Source of the DNA: a virus
Taxonomy: Duplodnaviria > Caudoviricetes
Virus record (IMG/VR): IMGVR_UViG_3300024187_000012
Coordinates: 1-44,667 of that record
Strand: one strand, 5' to 3'
DNA: 44,667 nt
Made by a program: the position numbers and the translations under genes. This document shows, in pieces, positions 1-7,141 of this stretch; the first letter of the stretch is position 1, and each line of letters opens with the position of its first letter. The notes beneath the pieces are model-generated. The model saw only the letters and a program-made list of their open reading frames with translations, was not told where the DNA came from and ran no database searches.

Positions 1-315
1 GTCAGCATAAGGATTGATGAACGATTGCGTTGAAAGCTGGTAATAGTTTGTCGAGTTGTTAGCCGTGCTGCGACTGATGACAAAGGCATACTTCGTCGCT
101 GCCGTCAGTGTGGGAAGCGTAAGAAACTTAAAATTGTATGAGAGATATGAAGTCGTGAGCGTGGAGCCGCTTATTACCGTCGAGGTAGCAAGCGAAGCGC
201 CGATTGGCAAGCCAGAGCCGTCAACGGCGTAGATGTTGAGAACCAGATCGTCTGTTGGAGCGGCAACTTTTCTCAGAGTTACGGAGATAGACGAAATTAT
301 TGTGTTACTGCCGCC
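1..315. repeat. Terminal direct repeat / circular overlap, left copy
   Basis: 1-315 equals 44353-44667 except positions 127 (C vs T at 44479) and 249 (C vs T at 44601). Confidence 0.97.
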
Positions 316-492
316 AATCGTAAACGACTGACCGCACCTGAAATCAGACGTAGTTCCGCAAGGAATGAAGCCGCTGTTATCCGTAGTAATCGTTATATAG
401 GCGGCATCGACCGCTGTGGTTTTCGATACTGCGAACGGCCCGACCGGCGCGACCGCCGTCGATATGCCAGTGATGGTGACGGGAAGCGCCAT
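1..492 (-). CDS. 5' part of an origin-spanning 934-aa fibre-like virion protein (continues at 44352 to 42040)
   Basis: ATG at 492-490 overlaps the upstream TGA. Reads MALPVTITGISTAVAPVGPF...GQSFTIGGSNTIISSISVTLRK... and is open to base 1, in frame with ORF 42040..44562 after circularisation. Confidence 0.9.
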   Translation of the reverse strand, partial: MALPVTITGISTAVAPVGPFAVSKTTAVDAAYITITTDNSGFIPCGTTSDFRCGQSFTIGGSNTIISSISVTLRKVAAPTDDLVLNIYAVDGSGLPIGASLATSTVISGSTLTTSYLSYNFKFLTLPTLTAATKYAFVISRSTANNSTNYYQLSTQSFINPYAD

Positions 493-839
493 CAGCGCAC
501 CGCTAACAGTTCACGCCCACGCTTGAATATGCCCGCGTCAACCTCGCCGCGCTTCACCGCAAGCCGCCGCCCAGCCCGGTCGCTCTGCATGAACATCCTG
601 CGGCAGTCGTACATCCGACATTCGTACGGCGCACGATCGTGGATCGTGCAGCCGTGCTCGCCCAAATAAAAGCAATCCCCGTTCGGTAGCCGATCGAGAA
701 TCAGGTACGGCGCCTTGCCTGGCGTGTGACATACAGCAGTGCGATAGGCCGCCGGATCGTCGCCACGATCAACCCGGATTGGTGTCATCATCCTGCAACA
801 GAGAGAACATTTTCCGCACGGAACGATTGCGCGTTCCAT
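492..839 (-). CDS. YkgJ-like CxxCxxCC cysteine-cluster (Zn or Fe-S) protein
   Basis: CGKCSLCC...GDCFYL...CTIHDRAPYECRMYDC matches the CxxCxxCC family pattern. Confidence 0.8.
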   Translation of the reverse strand: MERAIVPCGKCSLCCRMMTPIRVDRGDDPAAYRTAVCHTPGKAPYLILDRLPNGDCFYLGEHGCTIHDRAPYECRMYDCRRMFMQSDRAGRRLAVKRGEVDAGIFKRGRELLAVR

Positions 840-840
840 G

Positions 841-1269
841 TCACGTCACTGTCAACACGCCATTGGCTGCGTCAAAGTCGACGGTAAATGTCTCCGTGTC
901 GCCAAGCGTGACACTCGACAAGTAGTCGTAGTAACCAACCGATTTGTTGGTCGCACTGCTGTTGTAGAGGATCGCGTATCTAAACGGCCCAATGCCGCCG
1001 GCAGTCGCGGTGAACACGGTGTCGACCAGAATCAGCTTGAACACACCGGCCGTGGTCGTGCCGCTCGTCGTCGTGATGGTGTTACCACCAGCCGTGTAGC
1101 CGTTCGCCGCAGCGGGCGCGGGCGCAACCGTGGTGTTCCACACCGTATCGGTCGCCTGCGTCGGCGCCGTGTTGGTCAACGCGACCTTGAACACGGCAGT
1201 CGCCAGGTTGTGGCCTGCCTTACTCAACTCATCGATGAATGTGTAGTATTTGTTGAATGCGTTGGCCAT
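841..1269 (-). CDS. Small beta-rich, Thr-rich virion (fibre-associated) protein
   Basis: 142 aa, GGGGAG RBS. FNKY...FKVALTNTAP...GYTAGG...GPFRYAILYN...YYDY...FTVDFD resembles small structural proteins found next to phage fibre genes. Confidence 0.65.
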   Translation of the reverse strand: MANAFNKYYTFIDELSKAGHNLATAVFKVALTNTAPTQATDTVWNTTVAPAPAAANGYTAGGNTITTTSGTTTAGVFKLILVDTVFTATAGGIGPFRYAILYNSSATNKSVGYYDYLSSVTLGDTETFTVDFDAANGVLTVT

Positions 1270-1280
1270 CGGTCTCCCCT

Positions 1281-1556
1281 CTATGCGTGCCCGTGAATGT
1301 CACTGTCGTCGTCCGGATTGAGCTCCTGCGGACCATGCGCATTGGCCATGTCGACCAAATGCTCGCCGATCAGGCGGATCCTGCCCGGCTCGGTAATACC
1401 CGTGATGGTGTTGAGCGTGACGTGCTCGCCGCCCTCGTCCGGCCGCACCAGGATCAGCATGAATTCAGGGACAGAACCCTGAAAGCGCGTCGTCAATACA
1501 TGATTGATGCCGTTGGCCAACGCCTTGAGATCGTCGTGGGTTTGCTTGCTGCTCAC
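1281..1556 (-). CDS. Hypothetical protein (91 aa)
   Basis: GTG at 1556 overlaps the terL stop (GTGA), with GGAGG upstream. The longer ORF-track version overlaps terL. Confidence 0.65.
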   Translation of the reverse strand: MSSKQTHDDLKALANGINHVLTTRFQGSVPEFMLILVRPDEGGEHVTLNTITGITEPGRIRLIGEHLVDMANAHGPQELNPDDDSDIHGHA

Positions 1557-2932
1557 AGCCGCATGCCTCCGTAGCGTCGCACGATCGGCTCGTCGGGTAG
1601 CGGCGGGATGACCCAGCCGGTGTGCTTCGGCTCCGGTGGTTGTATCACCGGAAGCGACTTCCACGCCAGCGACAAGTAGCGGAAAGCATCTGCGTAGTGC
1701 GAGGTCCAGTCGTGCTCGGCGTCCTTGCCGAAGGCGCGCAACTCGTCGTCCCACTTGCGGTGATAGAGCTCCAGCGCCGTGATCAGCACCTCTTCGCAGC
1801 GCGGGTGGAAGACGCACAGCGCCAGCGTCCTGCGCGCGGCCTCGATGCCGTCGAGCTTGCTTGCGTCGCGCACCAGCATGGGATTGAGACCGTGCCGCTG
1901 CATGCTCTCGACACGCGTGCGGCCGATACCCCATTCCTTGACCTTGGCGTCGTGCGGGACGAAGTCGGTGCCGTCGATCCAGCCGTGCTGCTTGCGCCGG
2001 CCTTCGACAACCTCGGCGTAGTGCTCCAGACCGACGTTACTGGCGCCATACACGTCCAAGATGAAACACTGCCCGCCTACCATCTGGAACCAAATCACGG
2101 CAGTGTCGTCGCGCACGCCAATGTCCCAAGCGCGATGCACCGGGAGGGCGTAGTCCGGCACGATATCGGTGATGCGCTGCTCCTTGCGCACGTCGAGCAT
2201 TTCAAGCGCGAAGAAGGAGCCGAGCACGCTCGAATTAAAGTCGACCATGTACTCGCTTTGAAATTGGCTGGTGCCAACGTCGCGTCCGAATAATGCAATA
2301 TATTCCTTCAGTGACGCTTCGAGCTGTTCGGCGGATAATGCCTTGGTTTCGAATGCTGTGAGTTTTTCGGCGAACCATCCCGGAGTTTTAAGCGCCATGT
2401 CATACATGGTCTTTGCGTGATTACGCCCGCGCGGTGTGGTGATGAATGCGGCCCAGCCGTTATTCTCTTCGAGTATTGGCCGGTGATAAGCCCACGCCGC
2501 GGGATGCGCTAGTGCCCACTCTGAATAACAAATGCCCACAGCGCTCGCACCCATCTGGGCGTTGTAATTATCTGAGCCGATCAGCTGCCACGTACTCTGA
2601 TTATGAAAGCGGATCAGCATCTGACCTTCGTTCGTGCTCTCACGCATGAACTGCGGGAAGGCTTCGTCAATGCGCCGTATGCCAGTGTGCGGGTTGATCG
2701 CATTCCACAGGGCTTTGCGGCATTGCTCGTAGGACGGCATGCAGTGCCACAGGTTACCGACCCTGGTCGTGGCGGCGCACGCTGCACGGTGCAGCATCAC
2801 GTCGTCCTTACCGGCCCGGCGGTGCCAGATGGCAATGGCGCGCTTACCGCCGCCGCTGAGGTAATGATAGAGGTTCTTTTGATATTCGCGCGGCTGCCAA
2901 TTATTCGGCAACCTCATCTTTGCCGTTGCCAT
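1553..2932 (-). CDS. terL: Terminase large subunit
   Basis: PREYQ adenine-binding motif, Walker A variant WHRRAGKD, Walker B-like GICYSE, coupling motif ITTPRGRN, RNase H nuclease AWDIG..D and HYADAFRY. Confidence 0.95.
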   Translation of the reverse strand: MATAKMRLPNNWQPREYQKNLYHYLSGGGKRAIAIWHRRAGKDDVMLHRAACAATTRVGNLWHCMPSYEQCRKALWNAINPHTGIRRIDEAFPQFMRESTNEGQMLIRFHNQSTWQLIGSDNYNAQMGASAVGICYSEWALAHPAAWAYHRPILEENNGWAAFITTPRGRNHAKTMYDMALKTPGWFAEKLTAFETKALSAEQLEASLKEYIALFGRDVGTSQFQSEYMVDFNSSVLGSFFALEMLDVRKEQRITDIVPDYALPVHRAWDIGVRDDTAVIWFQMVGGQCFILDVYGASNVGLEHYAEVVEGRRKQHGWIDGTDFVPHDAKVKEWGIGRTRVESMQRHGLNPMLVRDASKLDGIEAARRTLALCVFHPRCEEVLITALELYHRKWDDELRAFGKDAEHDWTSHYADAFRYLSLAWKSLPVIQPPEPKHTGWVIPPLPDEPIVRRYGGMRL

Positions 2933-3266
2933 TAGCGTGCCCGTTCGCCTTGTGCTCGATCAGCTTCGCATCGTCGCCCGGCTTGTCGTCGAAGCGCTGA
3001 ATGACTTCAATGATAATGCGACCGTCGCCCTTGGCCTCGACCTCGATCGGGATAATGCGCGAGAGGCCGGACAGGAAGGCGACAGGATGCTCCCGCGCCC
3101 GCTCAACTAGATAATTGACCAGACCATCGTCGCCCCCGCCGCCGGCAATCTTGGCGGCGAGCAGGTAGGCGTCTTTAAGGATGAGCGTGGGCATGGTTGG
3201 GCCAGGAGGGCGGCCAGCCGGGTTGGCCACCTGACCCTTCTGAAAACTTGTACTATTTGCCGCCAT
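2901..3266 (-). CDS. terS: Terminase small subunit
   Basis: N-terminal FQKGQVANPAGRPPG motif typical of terS; immediately upstream of and overlapping terL. Confidence 0.8.
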   Translation of the reverse strand: MAANSTSFQKGQVANPAGRPPGPTMPTLILKDAYLLAAKIAGGGGDDGLVNYLVERAREHPVAFLSGLSRIIPIEVEAKGDGRIIIEVIQRFDDKPGDDAKLIEHKANGHANGNGKDEVAE

Positions 3267-3365
3267 CTCAGCCCAGTTGTGAAATGGGAAAGACGCGTTC
3301 TAAGCCTCGCTGGTGCGTTTGTCGAGCGACCCTCATCACCCTAGCGGGCGCCCCTCAAAATCGCT

Positions 3366-3605
3366 CTACGGGGCTCCTGGGGGCCGCTGCGCCGTATCCT
3401 GGCGCCAATAGAGCAACCCGTCGTGCGGCAGCTTGGGGTACTTGATACGCGCCATGGTCCTGGCGGCATCGCGTGCCCTGGTGAGGTTGACCATATCAGA
3501 CACCTCCCCGTCCGGCCAGTGGATACGCCACATACTTGAATACCGCTCGTCTGGTTTGACCCAGGCGAGCGGCTTTTTTGACTTGCCGTAGTACAGCGCG
3601 TGCAT
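3366..3605 (-). CDS. Hypothetical protein (79 aa)
   Basis: Compact ORF (MWRIHWPDGEVSDMVNLTRARDAA) in operon orientation. Confidence 0.65.
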   Translation of the reverse strand: MHALYYGKSKKPLAWVKPDERYSSMWRIHWPDGEVSDMVNLTRARDAARTMARIKYPKLPHDGLLYWRQDTAQRPPGAP

Positions 3606-3647
3606 CGTTCACCCTTTGGACCAGGGAGACAAACCCTTATAGGGTGA

Positions 3648-3968
3648 TCATGCCGCCACCTCAACGTCCTTGCGGACCGCGACGCGGACCGACGGCTTGA
3701 CCTGGGTGAAGATGGTGTGCGCGGTGCGGAACTGGACTGACGTGTGCGCCAGCAGCAATTCCTCGATCTTGTCTTTCATGACCTTGTCGTGGCCTTCGCG
3801 CACAGACGGCTCGGTCACCGTGATGGCGTAGACGTCGCCCTGATACTTGCCGGGGCCGACTTCGACCATGACGGCCTTGAGGGCCTTCATTTCGTTCTCG
3901 ATCTGCGCCAGCTGGGTGTTCAGCGCGCCGAGGCGGTCGATCGTAGTGGTCAGGTTGGTTGTGGTCAT
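3648..3968 (-). CDS. Hypothetical early protein with N-terminal coiled coil
   Basis: GGAG RBS; IDRLGALNTQLAQIENEMKALK heptads; phage-like codon usage. Confidence 0.75.
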   Translation of the reverse strand: MTTTNLTTTIDRLGALNTQLAQIENEMKALKAVMVEVGPGKYQGDVYAITVTEPSVREGHDKVMKDKIEELLLAHTSVQFRTAHTIFTQVKPSVRVAVRKDVEVAA

Positions 3969-3993
3969 TTGCGTGTGCTCCGTTGGTGTGTGA

Positions 3994-4053
3994 TTAGCGT
4001 TCCTGGCGGGTAACGGCGTCGACGAAGGCAGACTGCTGCGGGGTGAGGTTCAT
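3994..4053 (-). CDS. Possible 19-aa micro-ORF or gene remnant (MNLTPQQSAFVDAVTRQER)
   Basis: ATGA-coupled to the stop of 4050..4337; G-rich RBS-like sequence upstream. Confidence 0.35.
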   Translation of the reverse strand: MNLTPQQSAFVDAVTRQER

Positions 4054-4337
4054 GCCGCACCCCCTTTCCCGGACAGCACATCATCGAGCAGGACGGGCCC
4101 CGGCCTGGAGACACTAACGACCTCGGCAAAGGCGAGACCACCCTTCGCCCGTATCCAGCCGCACTGCCCTTCCAGGGCCTTGGTAGCCGACGCGCGGCTG
4201 CTGGAAAATCCCGAGCGTGTGTGAAAGGTGCCATTCGCATCGAAGCCTTCCCAGAGGAAGGCTGCGCCATACTCGCGATCGCTCTTGCGGGTAATGGTCT
4301 TGCCGTTCGAGAAGGTGGCGGTGTAGGCGGTCTTCAT
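4050..4337 (-). CDS. Hypothetical early protein (95 aa)
   Basis: GAGG RBS; first gene downstream of the promoter at 4379-4407. Confidence 0.7.
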   Translation of the reverse strand: MKTAYTATFSNGKTITRKSDREYGAAFLWEGFDANGTFHTRSGFSSSRASATKALEGQCGWIRAKGGLAFAEVVSVSRPGPVLLDDVLSGKGGAA

Positions 4338-4378
4338 GGTGTAGGCCTCGGTTCGGGGTTATTCGTCTCAGTGATTGA

Positions 4379-4418
4379 TACATAAAGGGCTGCCCTTAAC
4401 CTGTCAAGGGCTGCCCAT
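4379..4418 (-). promoter_or_regulatory. Sigma70-like promoter with two operator palindromes
   Basis: TTGACA (4407-4402), 17 nt, TATGTA (4384-4379). AAGGGCTGCCCTT at 4385-4397 and AAGGGCTGCCCAT at 4406-4418; AT-rich upstream tract. Confidence 0.75.
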
Positions 4419-4449
4419 AACTTTTTTCAAATTATTTTATCCGGGGCAT

Positions 4450-4488
4450 TGCGGGCGTGGCGGTGCTGGGTCGCACACCACGCCCGCA
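4450..4488 (-). terminator. Strong stem-loop after the PEP-CTERM-like gene (terminator or mRNA-stabilising)
   Basis: TGCGGGCGTGG (4450-4460) pairs with CCACGCCCGCA (4478-4488); no clear U-tract. Confidence 0.5.
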
Positions 4489-4493
4489 TGACG

Positions 4494-5210
4494 CTACGCC
4501 TGCGCGGGATCCTGCCTACGCCTGCGGTTGCGTGCCAGACCGAGCATCATGCCAGCCGCGGCGATGATACCGGGAATGCCGGCGCCGACGATCGGCCCGG
4601 GGACCGCGAGCGGCACGATGTAGAAGCTCTCGCCGCCGTCGGTGCCGCCCTCGAACTGCGCCTGGAAGATCAGCCGATCGCCCACGTTGAGCCCCGACAG
4701 GTCGAACCCGGTCAGCAGGTAGTCACCCTTGCCGTTGCCCGGGCGGATGTCCGGCATCAGGTAGGGGCCATTAAAGAACGACAGCAGGTCGATGTTATTG
4801 TTGCTGCCGTCGACCCGCCACAGGCGGAAGGTGTCGAGCGTCATAGCGGGTGCGCCCTCGGCGGAGTTGACGTCGATCACCACGCCGAAGGTAACGCGGT
4901 CGGCCAGTGCCGTGATGATCTGGCCGGCGCTGTAGGGTACGGCGTTGACCTCGTCACCGCTTGGCAGACTGCCGCCGACCAGTGCCGTCGAGAAGAAGTT
5001 GCCGCCGGCCGTCTGTCCGGTATTGATGAAGTTGTTGAACCCAAAATCGATCGGGTTGTGCGCCTGTTGGGTGGCGCAGATGATGCAGGGGGCGCTTGCC
5101 GACTGCGGCACTGCGGAAGCGTCGTCCAGAATACTGATCGAGAGTGCGCCGGCGTAGGCTGGGGCGGATAACGCCCCCAGCATCGCCGCGGTGAGCAGCA
5201 GCTTTCTCAT
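4494..5210 (-). CDS. Exported protein with PEP-CTERM-like (VPGPxxGAG) sorting signal
   Basis: Signal peptide MRKLLLTAAMLGALSAPAYA; C-terminal VPGPIVGAGIPG, hydrophobic helix, then RNRRRR. Confidence 0.85.
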   Translation of the reverse strand: MRKLLLTAAMLGALSAPAYAGALSISILDDASAVPQSASAPCIICATQQAHNPIDFGFNNFINTGQTAGGNFFSTALVGGSLPSGDEVNAVPYSAGQIITALADRVTFGVVIDVNSAEGAPAMTLDTFRLWRVDGSNNNIDLLSFFNGPYLMPDIRPGNGKGDYLLTGFDLSGLNVGDRLIFQAQFEGGTDGGESFYIVPLAVPGPIVGAGIPGIIAAAGMMLGLARNRRRRQDPAQA

Positions 5211-5290
5211 GAGGTTCAATCCTTAAGGTTGGAGTGTCGTCGACGCGGCAAGGCTACGCCGAAAAGGGCAGCGATTGCCACGGTTGTTTT

Positions 5291-5596
5291 TTAGACCCCC
5301 TTCCGCCCGGCCCGATAGTCCTTGAGCCACTCCCGCCCTTCCTTGATCGCGATTTCGTCGGCGCGAACGCGCTTCATCACCTGGTAGAATTCGACCCAGC
5401 GCTTGTTGAACAAGTCGCGCCTGTCCTCGTACGCCTGCAGCTTGTCGGCGCTGGAGATGCGCCAGTCATACGAGCCGAGCTCGTGTTTTGCCTGCACCGC
5501 CTTTTGCGCGTAGTGCAGACTGGCGACGTTGATGCAATCGAACAGGTCTTCCGCCTGCTCTGCGGTCAGCTTGAAGGTGTAGGTGGGGGTGGTCAT
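5291..5596 (-). CDS. Hypothetical protein (101 aa, MTTPTYTF...)
   Basis: AGGAG RBS before ATG at 5596. Confidence 0.7.
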   Translation of the reverse strand: MTTPTYTFKLTAEQAEDLFDCINVASLHYAQKAVQAKHELGSYDWRISSADKLQAYEDRRDLFNKRWVEFYQVMKRVRADEIAIKEGREWLKDYRAGRKGV

Positions 5597-5610
5597 CTGG
5601 ATTGCTCCTG

Positions 5611-5787
5611 TCAGCTGACGATCAGCCGGTCGCCAAGACCGGGGAACTTTTTGCGCAGGGCGTCTTCGATCTGCTTGGGGGTGATCTTCGGCTTGGGCTC
5701 GCTGCACTTGACACAGCACGGCGTGCCGTCGGCGAGCTTGCCGCCCCAGCTGTGATCGCATTTGCTAGTATCGGTCTGCTTGGTCAT
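5611..5787 (-). CDS. Small CxH...CxxC protein (58 aa), not in the ORF track
   Basis: GGAG RBS; MTKQTDTSKCDHSWGGKLADGTPCCVKCSEPKPKITPKQIEDALRKKFPGLGDRLIVS. Confidence 0.65.
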   Translation of the reverse strand: MTKQTDTSKCDHSWGGKLADGTPCCVKCSEPKPKITPKQIEDALRKKFPGLGDRLIVS

Positions 5788-5805
5788 TTGCCTGTCTCCG
5801 TTTGA

Positions 5806-5967
5806 TTAGAGGGTACCGACGCGCTCGCCGTCTTCGTAAATCGCGACATAGAAGCCGAGGGTGTTTTCCTCGACAGTGTAGGTCCAATCGGCGTCATCAG
5901 CCGCGTTGGCATCGGCGATCGCCTGAGCCGCCTCGAAGGTCTTGTGGCAAGTGAAGCGAGAGGGCAT
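5806..5967 (-). CDS. Small acidic protein (53 aa), not in the ORF track
   Basis: GGAG RBS, directly after the promoter at 5994-6022; MPSRFTCHKTFEAAQAIADANAADDADWTYTVEENTLGFYVAIYEDGERVGTL. Confidence 0.7.
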   Translation of the reverse strand: MPSRFTCHKTFEAAQAIADANAADDADWTYTVEENTLGFYVAIYEDGERVGTL

Positions 5968-5993
5968 CGGTGTTCTCCGTTCCAGTGATCACC

Positions 5994-6035
5994 ACAATAA
6001 GGGCTGCCCTTTACCCTGTCAATAGGGCTGCGCAA
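5994..6035 (-). promoter_or_regulatory. Near-consensus sigma70 promoter with two operator sites
   Basis: TTGACA (6022-6017), 17 nt, TATTGT (5999-5994). AAGGGCTGCCCTT at 5999-6011 and degenerate TAGGGCTGCGCAA at 6023-6035. Confidence 0.8.
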
Positions 6036-6040
6036 TTATT

Positions 6041-6637
6041 TCATGCGCCCGTCCACAGGTCGTCGATCGGGTCGTCGAGGCCTGTCGCCTCGCTGATGCT
6101 GTCGAGCGGGTCCGCGATGCTCTTGCCGACCCGCACCACTGTTGCGCCGGGCCAAGTGAGCTTCGCCTTGTGCGTCGCCTGGTAGCTCGACAGGATGTGG
6201 GCAATCTCATCGAGCGTGTAGACCGCAACGGCGCGCCCCTTCGCCAGCCGGCTGTCGTAGTCCTTGGCGATCGCCGCGACGCTACCGTCCTCCAGGGTGA
6301 CCTCCCACACATCGTCGGGCTTGCGCACCGCCTTGGCCAGGTCCGCCGCCATGTTGAGCGCCTTGTACGCATTGACCATCCGCGGGGCCTCGCGCAGCAC
6401 GTCGGCCAGGGCGCCGTTGGTCACGGCCATGTTGAGCAGGTAGCGCTGCCGGTCGAACTTCTCCCGCAGGGGAGTGTCGACCAACAGCCTCAGCCTGCCG
6501 TTGCCCCACTTGTCCTCCATGGCGACGGCCACGACGTCGACGCCGTCGAGGGCCGCACGCCCGACGATGTATTCGCCGTGGCTGCGGTCCCATGACCTGG
6601 AGGTGTAGGGCTTGGGGATGGGCTTAGGCTTTGCCAT
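6041..6637 (-). CDS. Hypothetical protein of the replication block (198 aa)
   Basis: Start MAKPKP at 6637; motifs MEDKWGNGRL and VYTLDEIA; acidic C-terminus. Confidence 0.75.
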   Translation of the reverse strand: MAKPKPIPKPYTSRSWDRSHGEYIVGRAALDGVDVVAVAMEDKWGNGRLRLLVDTPLREKFDRQRYLLNMAVTNGALADVLREAPRMVNAYKALNMAADLAKAVRKPDDVWEVTLEDGSVAAIAKDYDSRLAKGRAVAVYTLDEIAHILSSYQATHKAKLTWPGATVVRVGKSIADPLDSISEATGLDDPIDDLWTGA

Positions 6638-6911
6638 GACGACCCCGCTGGACCAGCGTGGCATTGGCAAACGACAAAACGTCATCCGAAGGTGCGTGGG
6701 CGGGAACCGCCTGCGCCTTAAGCATGTCGAGGAACCACATCCCTTCCTCCTGCCCCAGGTTGTCGATGATCTTTTGCCGGCACTGGCTCTGCGCCATTTG
6801 TGCCAGACGTGAGCGGCTTATTGCCCACTGCATGACTGCGTCGGCATCTGCCTGATCGAGGTATGCCTGCTTCAGTTCCGCAGCCAGTTCGGACAGGTAC
6901 TTCATTCCCAT
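6624..6911 (-). CDS. Hypothetical protein (95 aa)
   Basis: GGAGG RBS before ATG at 6911. Confidence 0.6.
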   Translation of the reverse strand: MGMKYLSELAAELKQAYLDQADADAVMQWAISRSRLAQMAQSQCRQKIIDNLGQEEGMWFLDMLKAQAVPAHAPSDDVLSFANATLVQRGRHGKA

Positions 6912-6967
6912 GATATCCTCCGTTGCCTTATTTTGCGATGCAGCAAAAACAGCCTGATACTTCCACC

Positions 6968-6990
6968 CCGGCGGGCCGAAAGGCCGCCGG
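6968..6990. other. GC-rich hairpin with GAAA loop beside the iteron array
   Basis: CCGGCGGGCC-GAAA-GGCCGCCGG. Confidence 0.55.
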
Positions 6991-7008
6991 AGGTGTCTAT
7001 AGGGACCC

Positions 7009-7140
7009 AACTTCCGTGAACCTCCGTGAACCTCCGTGAAATGATTTCAATGACTTGGCACATAGACTTCCGTAACTTCCGTAGAAACCTCCGTCCAATG
7101 ATTTCAATGACTTACGAGCAACCTCCGTGAACCTCCGTGA
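7009..7140. repeat. Iteron-like array, putative replication origin
   Basis: About 8 copies of (A)ACYTCCGT (7009, 7019, 7029, 7066, 7074, 7086, 7120, 7130) plus two copies of ATGATTTCAATGACTT, immediately after the primase-helicase stop. Confidence 0.75.
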
Positions 7141-7141
7141 C

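Noticed and set aside
1-315. Diversity-generating retroelement TR/VR pair
   Set aside because: No reverse transcriptase or Avd gene is visible, only two differences exist, and the repeat is explained by circular overlap of one gene.
5253-5281. Sigma54 promoter upstream of the PEP-CTERM-like gene
   Set aside because: GG and GC are 8 nt apart, not the required 10.
6950-7000. Hammerhead ribozyme (CTGAT...GAAA)
   Set aside because: The core reads CTGATAC rather than CUGANGA, and GAAA is a hairpin loop rather than a junction.
7009-7140. CRISPR array
   Set aside because: Repeats are about 10 bp, mostly abutting, with no unique 30-40 bp spacers and no cas operon.
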